DNA from: Escherichia phage REP8
DNA: 64,000 nucleotides
Sequence record: OQ174507.1
Reading direction: 5' to 3' (one strand)
The notes beneath the pieces are model-generated. The model made no database searches. It saw only the letters and a program-made list of their open reading frames with translations, and was not told the origin of the DNA. Shown here in pieces: positions 56,822 to 64,000 of the stretch; within the stretch, counting starts at the first letter, position 1, and each line of letters begins with the position of its first letter. A program made the position numbers and the translations under genes.

Positions 56822-58018
56822 ATGAACAAAGTACAGATTATTAAAAAGAATGGCTCACTCGAAGAACCTGATATCAAAAAAGTTTTAACAGCAGTCACAA
56901 AGTCAGCTAATAGGGTTGGGTATAAAGAACTCCCGCCAGATGTTACCCAAGCTCTTGAGTCAGCATTTATGAGGGTTCTGGTAAAATCCACTAAGCAGAA
57001 TAATTTACTCGTTTCAGTAAATGATATTCACAGTATTGTTGAGGGTGCTTTGGCAGAAGTCAATCACGAGATTTATGAGTCTTACTCAACATATAGAAAT
57101 TACCGTAAAGAGGTTGCTCAAAACTGGGATGAACTCTACCAGAAGACTAAAGATACACTCTTCTTAGGTGACCGTGAAAATGCTAATTTTGACAGCAGTT
57201 TAATTTCTACGAAAGGTTCAATTATCCGTGGTTACCTGACTAAAGAAATCTTTAAACAGTATCATCTAACACCAGAGGAACTTGAAGCCATTGAGAAAGG
57301 CTTTGTCTATATCCATGATTTAAGAGACCTGATTTTTGGTGGTATTAACTGTTGCCTGTTTGACATTGGTAAAGTACTAAAAGGTGGCTTTGAAATGTCC
57401 GGCATTGAGTACTGTGAACCTAAATCTGTACTGTCAGCGTTGCAGGTTATTGGTGACGTAGTACTTTCAGCAACTGCACAGCAATTTGGTGGTTTTACTT
57501 TAGCAGAGATTGATAAGGTACTTGTACCGTATGCGAAGAAGTCTCTACGCTATCATGCTGAGAAAGCATCATCTTATGGTATCCCTAAAGAGCATTACCA
57601 CAATTATGTCATGGAGCAGCTACAGATTGAACTGACTCAAGGTTTCCAGTCGCTTGAAATGAAACTAAACACTGTACCTTGTAGTCGTGGGGATTTTGCA
57701 TTTACAACTTTGACATTCGGGTTACTTGACTCAGACATGTCTAATGAAGACAACCGACTGCAATACATGATTGCAAGTACTCTCCTAGATGTTCGTATGA
57801 ATGGACAAGGTAAGAGTAAGAAGCCTGTTGTATTCCCTAAACTGGTTTATATTTATGACCAGAAGAGACATAATGAGAATATCTGTCAAGGCCACCTGTA
57901 CAGTAAAGCTATAGAGTGTTGCTCTAAAGCGATGTATCCAGATTTCTTAAGTGTATCTGGTCATGGTGCTGTAGCAGAAGCTTTTGAGCGTTCTGGTAAG
58001 GTTATTTCACCGATGGGT
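56822..58018 (+). CDS. nrdD: anaerobic ribonucleotide reductase, exon 1
   Basis: ATP-cone-like N-terminus; ends ...ISPMG with T as last exon nucleotide; an in-frame TAA opens the intron. Confidence 0.65.
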
Positions 58019-58334
58019 TAACAAGCTCTATAGCTCATCTAAAACGTGCCTAAACAGGGAAACTCTACAGATGTAGACAATCCTGTGCTAAATGATGTAC
58101 GATGTAAGAAACTATACAACATAGGGGTCTTACATGCCAAATAACTTCGAATATGAGTTTGGATACATCTAAATGCCGAACGACTAACCGTGATGAATGT
58201 AGCGGTGTAGGGTCAAGCGACTCGAAATGGTACGCTACTTAGAAATAAGTAGAAGATATAGTCTGGACTTACTGGCGACAGTAAGCAGCTTGAATAAAGC
58301 GGGGTAAGCGTAGCGAACTTACCTGAACAACAAG
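58019..58334 (+). ncRNA. group I intron in nrdD
   Basis: 316 nt; AAGATATAGTCT (S element), GACTAA (R/P7 region), last nt G, preceding exon ends in T; no ORF inside. Confidence 0.6.
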
Positions 58335-59282
58335 TGTAGAGCGTTTTTATCACCATACCATAACGAAGATGGTGAAGAGTTTTATGTAGGTCGTGCTAAC
58401 ATTGGTGCTGTATCTTTGAACTTACCAATGATTTACCAGTACTCTAAAGAGAATGGTTTAGATTTCTGGAAAGAGCTTGATAAGTACCTAGAAATGATTC
58501 GCAGCTTCCACAAGAAACGCTACGAAATGATTGCTAATATGCCAGCAAGTTCTAACCCTCTTGCATTCACACAAGGTGGTCTGTACAAAGGGACTAAGAA
58601 ACCTACTGACAAGGTTGGTTGGGATATCGTGAAGTCCTTCACAGCTTCTTTTGGGGTTACTGCGCTTGATGAGCTATCTGTTCTTGCTGAAGGTAAACGA
58701 CTTCATGAAGTTGGAAGCTGTAGTTTTGCATACGATGTTCTGGAATACATCAACATGAAAACTGAAGAGTTTAAGAACGAAGATGGCTTCTTGTATGCGG
58801 TATATGGCACTCCAGCAGAATCACTTTGCGGAACTCAGCTAAAACAGTTCAGAGATATGTTTGGCGTTATTAAAGGTGTCTCTGACAAGGAATACTTTAC
58901 AAACAGTTTCCATATGAATGTTGCAGCAGACATTACACCATTTGAGAAGCAGGACTTAGAAGAACCCTTCTTTCATATCTGTAGAGGCGGCAGAATCCAG
59001 TATGTAAGGGTAGCTAATCCAGAAAACTTATCAGCACTTAAAAGTTGTATTACAAGAGGGATGTTGAAAGGTTTCTATCAGGGACTTAACTTTGACTTAG
59101 CAATCTGTGAACATTGTGGTAACAGACCAAAGGCTGATGTTGAAGAATGTGAGGTTTGCCATTCACACGATATCTCTGTGATTAACAGGGTGTGCGGGTA
59201 CTTGTCATTCACAAAAATTAAAGGTCAGTCTCGAATGAATGACGCTAAGATGGCAGAAATTAAGGATAGAGTATCTATGTAA
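58335..59282 (+). CDS. nrdD: anaerobic ribonucleotide reductase, exon 2
   Basis: begins CRAFLSP...GRANIGAVSLNLP; C-terminal zinc ribbon CEHCGN...CEVCHSHD and glycyl-radical motif RVCGYLSF. Confidence 0.65.
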   Translation, partial: CRAFLSPYHNEDGEEFYVGRANIGAVSLNLPMIYQYSKENGLDFWKELDKYLEMIRSFHKKRYEMIANMPASSNPLAFTQGGLYKGTKKPTDKVGWDIVKSFTASFGVTALDELSVLAEGKRLHEVGSCSFAYDVLEYINMKTEEFKNEDGFLYAVYGTPAESLCGTQLKQFRDMFGVIKGVSDKEYFTNSFHMNVAADITPFEKQDLEEPFFHICRGGRIQYVRVANPENLSALKSCITRGMLKGFYQGLNFDLAICEHCGNRPKADVEECEVCHSHDISVINRVCGYLSFTKIKGQSRMNDAKMAEIKDRVSM

Positions 59283-59435
59283 AACTTGACAAGGTGGTGT
59301 GGGTCTTGATAGGCTTACATCACCTTTTTATTGGATGTTAGATATGGCTGAGAGTATTATTGGGTTGTTCATAGGTTCTGTCTTACTAGGGTTCTTTTTA
59401 GGACTCTCTTATTGTGAATTGAGAGATAAGTTAAA

Positions 59436-59636
59436 ATGTTTAAAATATCAAAAACGTTGATATACATACTCCACATTTTAATCTTCTTCTTTGGGGTTAG
59501 TGTTATGGTATGGGGTTTTTCAGACCCACAATGGAGTTTATCATATCATGGTCAGATGGATTTATGGTCATGCTTCAAACCATTTTTAGGGTTAGCTATA
59601 GCATTCAGTGCATTACCAACTAAGGTGAAATTATGA
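59436..59636 (+). CDS. small membrane protein
   Basis: 66 aa, hydrophobic. Confidence 0.3.
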   Translation: MFKISKTLIYILHILIFFFGVSVMVWGFSDPQWSLSYHGQMDLWSCFKPFLGLAIAFSALPTKVKL

Positions 59637-60028
59637 TTAAGTTAAACCAAAAACAGTTAGAGTGGCTTAAAGATTATGCCTCAGAGTGTGGCTCTTATGA
59701 AAAGAATCACGTAAGATACTCAACATTCCACACGACCTTTACATTGTACATTAGTGACAACGTTCTAAGTGATTCCGTAGAAGATTGTGCAGCGTTGCCT
59801 AATGAGTTGCTTGACAAATTAGTTGTAGTCACTGGAACTTGGTCTGAAGAAGACGGCCATGAATTATCTAACGATGTTGTCTTCTACAGTCTTGAAAATA
59901 TCATGAATCCAGAGTACATTATGCTAATGACTTGCGCACAAGACTGTGTGCCATTACAAAACTTCATTAAAGAACACTGTGAAGAATTTATTACTAAACT
60001 GGTCCCTTGTCAGGTAGTGTTTGAATGA
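59633..60028 (+). CDS. hypothetical protein
   Basis: 131 aa. Confidence 0.35.
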   Translation: MIKLNQKQLEWLKDYASECGSYEKNHVRYSTFHTTFTLYISDNVLSDSVEDCAALPNELLDKLVVVTGTWSEEDGHELSNDVVFYSLENIMNPEYIMLMTCAQDCVPLQNFIKEHCEEFITKLVPCQVVFE

Positions 60029-60063
60029 GTAAAATAATTAAATAATATTGGTGAGGTAACTAG

Positions 60064-60549
60064 ATGAATTACATGGAGATTAGGCCATTTGATACAGCTA
60101 ATGGTGAAGGGGTTCGTGTAAGCCTCTTCGTAGCTGGTTGTAAGCATCACTGTGAAGGCTGCTTTAACAGGGAGTCTTGGAAGTTTAATGCTGGTAAAGA
60201 GTTTACCTATGCAAACCTCTACGGCATCATTAAGTTAATGGATGATAATGATGTCAGTGGTTTGTCAATACTTGGTGGAGAACCTCTGGATGATAGAAAT
60301 ATTCAAGAGGTTACCAACATATGTAAACGTATTAAAACTGTTTATCCAGAGAAGACTATATGGCTCTGGACAGGTTTTCAGTTACACGAAAAAATTCACC
60401 TAGATGTGATGAAATATGTTGACGTGGTTATTGATGGTAAGTATGATTCATCTAAACCAACAGTTAAACCATATCGTGGTTCTGATAACCAAAACCTCTG
60501 GAGAAAAGAGTATGGGTGGCAAGGTGATTGTCAATGGCGAGCAGAGTGA
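60064..60549 (+). CDS. nrdG: anaerobic ribonucleotide reductase activating protein (radical SAM)
   Basis: 161 aa; cysteine cluster VAGCKHHCEGCFN near N-terminus; adjacent to nrdD. Confidence 0.65.
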   Translation: MNYMEIRPFDTANGEGVRVSLFVAGCKHHCEGCFNRESWKFNAGKEFTYANLYGIIKLMDDNDVSGLSILGGEPLDDRNIQEVTNICKRIKTVYPEKTIWLWTGFQLHEKIHLDVMKYVDVVIDGKYDSSKPTVKPYRGSDNQNLWRKEYGWQGDCQWRAE

Positions 60550-60787
60550 TTATTCTGGCAAGTGGACTTATGACATCAACAAGTTAGATACCTGGATGAT
60601 TTATACGAGAGAAAAATTTGGTGCACGTTCATTATGTGCTCTTGCAACGATGGTGAAGAACGTTACCTTTGACATTCATGAATCTGATAAGTTTGGAGAC
60701 TTCTACAGGATTCAAAACATCAGAGAAGGTATAACTCCAATCGGTATCACTGAAGAAGAACTTCATAAGTTCTGTATCAAACTTTAA
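60512..60787 (+). CDS. hypothetical protein
   Basis: ATG 60512 in the frame of ORF-track 60416..60787; overlaps the nrdG 3' end. Confidence 0.3.
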   Translation: MGGKVIVNGEQSDYSGKWTYDINKLDTWMIYTREKFGARSLCALATMVKNVTFDIHESDKFGDFYRIQNIREGITPIGITEEELHKFCIKL

Positions 60788-60790
60788 TGA

Positions 60791-61069
60791 GTGAGACTAA
60801 AAATGGGAATTTTAGGTAATATGAAAGCTGGCTTCTTGAAGGCACTGGCAAAAGCAGCAGCAATCATTTCTATGACTGGAAAGCAGGTTGGTGTGGATGC
60901 TTCAGCAATTACACAAGTTCTTGCAAGCCAAATTGAACAGCAACCTTACATCCACGTAGGACGTGGAAAAGGTGGTAAGAAACAAGCACATCGACCAACT
61001 GGTGCAGCAGCTATTAAACGAGCAGCTAAAAAAGCTCGTAACCGTAAACGTAACAAGAAGGCTAAATAA
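60791..61069 (+). CDS. hypothetical protein with basic C-terminus
   Basis: 92 aa; Lys/Arg-rich tail. Confidence 0.3.
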   Translation: MRLKMGILGNMKAGFLKALAKAAAIISMTGKQVGVDASAITQVLASQIEQQPYIHVGRGKGGKKQAHRPTGAAAIKRAAKKARNRKRNKKAK

Positions 61070-61071
61070 TC

Positions 61072-61392
61072 ATGAGCAAAGTTTATAACACTCGTAAATT
61101 ACAGATTTTCGTACTGTGCCAGTTTATGGCTAAAGAATACAACTTCTACTATTGTGGTACAGGTTTTATTAGCGATGATGATGGCTCATACCTCCCATTC
61201 AAAGAAGCTGTGAAACTCTTTAATGAAGAGAAAAGCTCTAAGAAAGATATTGAAAAGGTTAAGCTAACCTACAGCAAGAAAGATAAGAAGATTATCTGCC
61301 TAGATAACTTTGTAAAAGTTACTGGAGAAGCAAAAGAGTTTATGGATGAGAGTGAGATTTCATTCACAAGCATCTTGAAAGTAGCTCAGTAA
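61072..61392 (+). CDS. hypothetical protein
   Basis: 106 aa; terminator downstream. Confidence 0.35.
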   Translation: MSKVYNTRKLQIFVLCQFMAKEYNFYYCGTGFISDDDGSYLPFKEAVKLFNEEKSSKKDIEKVKLTYSKKDKKIICLDNFVKVTGEAKEFMDESEISFTSILKVAQ

Positions 61393-61404
61393 ACAGATAC
61401 TATA

Positions 61405-61433
61405 AGGGAACTGTAAAGGTTCCCTTTTTATTT
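61405..61433 (+). terminator. rho-independent terminator
   Basis: AGGGAAC-TGTAAAG-GTTCCCT followed by TTTTTATTTT. Confidence 0.6.
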
Positions 61434-61443
61434 TGGAGATAAA

Positions 61444-61959
61444 ATGTATCTGTCAAACCTGAAACGTTCGGCTGCAATGTCAGTGTTAAGACTCAGCTTT
61501 GAGGAACGTCAAGAGTTCATTGACTCCCACCAATACGACCCCTCAAACTCCAATCACATGATTCTCTGGAATCGTGAAAGTGCTCGTGAAAGAGCACTAT
61601 TCCGTTATTACCCACACTACACCATAGACAACCTGTATGAATGTTTTGTTGTGAAGAACACCATTACAGTACTCAATAAACTTTGCAGATACACAGGTAG
61701 TCAATCCTTCACATTAGGCCACCACAAACCTGTTACAAAGGGTGGTGAGCATCACTGTGCAAACTGGTTTATCCAGACTAAACTTGATAACCAGAAGCAG
61801 GGAGATAACCTTCTAAGCACACCTAAGATGACCTACGAAGAACAAGAGAAATATATCAAAAATAATATGCCAGATGTGCTTGACAACAACTATACAGATT
61901 TGGCAATATCTCTCCTGTTGAAGTTCGAGACAGTTTATAGGGCAACTTATAATGGCTAA
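61444..61959 (+). CDS. HNH endonuclease-like protein
   Basis: 171 aa; LGHHKPVTKGGEHHCANWFIQTKLDNQKQGD fits an HNH core. Confidence 0.45.
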   Translation: MYLSNLKRSAAMSVLRLSFEERQEFIDSHQYDPSNSNHMILWNRESARERALFRYYPHYTIDNLYECFVVKNTITVLNKLCRYTGSQSFTLGHHKPVTKGGEHHCANWFIQTKLDNQKQGDNLLSTPKMTYEEQEKYIKNNMPDVLDNNYTDLAISLLLKFETVYRATYNG

Positions 61960-62230
61960 AGAAAAGTGGGAGATTTTACCATTAGTCAGTGAAGGAGGTA
62001 ATGGTTGTGAGATGTACATGATACGTGGTCATGTTCCAGAACCAATTGCACTTGAGATGGTAAACAACTTTACAGATGGTTCTTACAAAGACTTAGGAGA
62101 GCCAACTATAAAGCATCAATGGGTAAAGCCTGTACCAGACAGCACAGGTAACTGTAGTGTACTTTACCACGTTGTAGACCCTGTAAAATGCAAATCTGCA
62201 ATGGCAGTAACAAACGTAACTTTTGATTGA
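61952..62230 (+). CDS. hypothetical protein
   Basis: 92 aa. Confidence 0.3.
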   Translation: MAKEKWEILPLVSEGGNGCEMYMIRGHVPEPIALEMVNNFTDGSYKDLGEPTIKHQWVKPVPDSTGNCSVLYHVVDPVKCKSAMAVTNVTFD

Positions 62231-63123
62231 GAGAGAAAACTATGAAAACATCTATCCGTGTCACAATTCATTCACCGACTAAAGGAACTCACGAAGAAGA
62301 GTTTAACATCATCCAATTCCCCTCTGGTGAGATTGGTGGCCACTTTTCACAAGAGCTTGTTGATTTTACTGCTTATGCAGCATCATCTATTAACAATGTG
62401 GTTATGATTGTAAAGGGTTATGACAAAGACACACTGTTTGCTGTGGCACTGGCTAAAGAAGCAATTGACGATTTAGTTCCTCATGATTATGCCCTGAAGA
62501 CTGTCATTTTTTACTACTTGCCAAATGCACGATACGACCGTCACATGTTTAAAGGCGACGCAGCAGCTTTAAAGGTTTTTGCTAAACAGGTAAATGCAAT
62601 GGGATTTGGTGCAGTCTGTGCAGTTGACCCTCACAGTTATGTACCAGATAACCTGTTTAACTGCTTCCAAAGTATTCCTCAAAAGGAAATTGCAGTCCAT
62701 TATGCAAATGACCCTCTGATTGATTACTTAGTAGCCCCAGATGCAGGTGCTTCTAAGAAGATTGCAGAGACTGCTAAAGAGGTGGATAAACCATATATCA
62801 CAATGTCTAAAGTACGTAACCTTAAGACTGGTGAAATTACTGGTATGCGAATCCTTGATGATGTTGATTTGACAGATAAAACCGTCATGATTCTGGATGA
62901 TATCTGTGATGGTGGTCGAACCTTCGTAGAAGCAGCGAAACATCTTCGTGAAGCAGGTGCAAAACGTGTGGAACTTTATGTAACACATGGTATTTTCTCT
63001 AAAGGTGTTGAAAACTTACTTGACAATGGTATTGACCACATCTACACTACAAACTCTTTAGGAGAAGCTAAAGACCGTAGCTTAACACATTATAGTCAAG
63101 TTACTGTAGCAAACCTTGATTGA
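62227..63123 (+). CDS. ribose-phosphate pyrophosphokinase (Prs)-family protein, candidate ADP-ribose pyrophosphate synthetase
   Basis: 298 aa; C-terminal VMILDDICDGGRTFVEAAKHLREAGAKRVELYVTHGIFS closely matches the Prs PRPP-binding loop. Confidence 0.6.
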   Translation: MREKTMKTSIRVTIHSPTKGTHEEEFNIIQFPSGEIGGHFSQELVDFTAYAASSINNVVMIVKGYDKDTLFAVALAKEAIDDLVPHDYALKTVIFYYLPNARYDRHMFKGDAAALKVFAKQVNAMGFGAVCAVDPHSYVPDNLFNCFQSIPQKEIAVHYANDPLIDYLVAPDAGASKKIAETAKEVDKPYITMSKVRNLKTGEITGMRILDDVDLTDKTVMILDDICDGGRTFVEAAKHLREAGAKRVELYVTHGIFSKGVENLLDNGIDHIYTTNSLGEAKDRSLTHYSQVTVANLD

Positions 63124-63132
63124 AAGTTTATA

Positions 63133-63153
63133 GGGGCTTAAAAGCCCCATTTT
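63133..63153 (+). terminator. terminator-like hairpin
   Basis: GGGGCT-TAAA-AGCCCC followed by ATTTT. Confidence 0.4.
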
Positions 63154-63168
63154 GAGAGAGATTAAAAG

Positions 63169-64000
63169 ATGACTAAATCACTTTATGCAGTACCAGCAGG
63201 TCTTAATGCAGATGCTTACAAGGCATCACATATATATCAGTATCCAGATGCTACGCAATATCTTATGTTGAACCTGACACCACGTAGTGATAAATGGTTT
63301 AACAGCCCCTTAGCAATTGATGGTGTAGTTGCTTTTGGTATTCAACGTTTTGTTAAAGATTACTTGATAGACCACTGGAACGCCACTTTCTTTGAACGTG
63401 ATAAAAAAGAAGCAGTTGACGAAATCTTAGAAGTCATGAATGGTGTTCTGGGTAAAGATGCTATCGGTCGAGAGCATTGGGAAGCACTTCACGATTTAGG
63501 CTATCTACCAGTTGAAGTATACGCTGTAGAAGAAGGTACAGTTGTTCCTATGCGTGTTCCAATGATTGTCTTCCAGAACACTGTTTCAGGTTTCCATTGG
63601 GTAGCAGGTTATCTGGAAGATGCTTTCTCTGCTGAGATTTGGAAGGCTTGTACCATTGCAACTATCGCATTGCACTACAAACGCATCTGTAAGAAGTGGG
63701 CTGACCTTACTTGTGACAACGACTTACATTTACCTTATCAGTGTCACGACTTTGCTATGCGTGGTATGTCCGGCTTTACTGATGACGCATTTAATGCTGT
63801 AGGTCACTTAACCAGCTTTAAAGGAACTGATAGCTTCCCTGCTGTATATACAGCTAAACGTATCTATGGTCAGTCTTACCCAATCTCTGATATTGGTAGT
63901 TCTGTACCAGCCACTGAACACTCTGTAATGTGTGCAAACATTGCTTGGGAAGGTGGTAATGAGTTGATTGAAGAAGAAAGACGCTTTAAAGGTGAGTTGC
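63169..64000 (+). CDS. nicotinamide phosphoribosyltransferase (Nampt/NadV)-family protein, 3' end beyond the window
   Basis: NADAYKASHIYQYP, HDFAMRGMSG, SFKGTDSF, SVPATEHSV align with conserved Nampt-family blocks; truncated by window end. Confidence 0.65.
   Translation, partial: MTKSLYAVPAGLNADAYKASHIYQYPDATQYLMLNLTPRSDKWFNSPLAIDGVVAFGIQRFVKDYLIDHWNATFFERDKKEAVDEILEVMNGVLGKDAIGREHWEALHDLGYLPVEVYAVEEGTVVPMRVPMIVFQNTVSGFHWVAGYLEDAFSAEIWKACTIATIALHYKRICKKWADLTCDNDLHLPYQCHDFAMRGMSGFTDDAFNAVGHLTSFKGTDSFPAVYTAKRIYGQSYPISDIGSSVPATEHSVMCANIAWEGGNELIEEERRFKGEL

Noticed and set aside
56770-56991. 73 aa minus-strand ORF upstream of nrdD
   Set aside because: Overlaps a plus-strand terminator hairpin and the nrdD start region; no RBS; likely spurious.

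Overview
This window reads as a tailed-phage (myovirus-like) genome segment with three blocks. (1) 1-4.2 kb: a minus-strand Ig-like repeat protein and a vWA-domain protein behind sigma70-like promoters. (2) 4.3-9.2 kb: a dense array of about 25 tRNA genes interleaved with structured non-coding elements, including a circularly permuted tRNA-like module and a family of inverted-repeat-bounded motifs. (3) 9.6-32.5 kb: a morphogenesis module (large terminase, portal, S49-type prohead protease, capsid, probable sheath/tube, tape measure, baseplate, two tail fibres with His-x-His-rich C-termini). (4) 33-64 kb: a replication and nucleotide-metabolism module (ThyA, DHFR, DNA ligase, T7-like family A DNA polymerase, primase-helicase, SSB, exonuclease, dNMP kinase, aerobic NrdAB plus glutaredoxin, anaerobic NrdDG) ending in an adjacent Prs-like/Nampt-like pair. 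The main finds are two group I introns (in the DNA polymerase and in nrdD) with recognisable P1/IGS pairing and R/S core elements, three free-standing homing-endonuclease-like genes, and the tRNA-like/Y-RNA-like candidate. All calls are from manual reading of the sequence and motif recall; no database search or folding program was run, and tRNA boundaries and isotypes are approximate.
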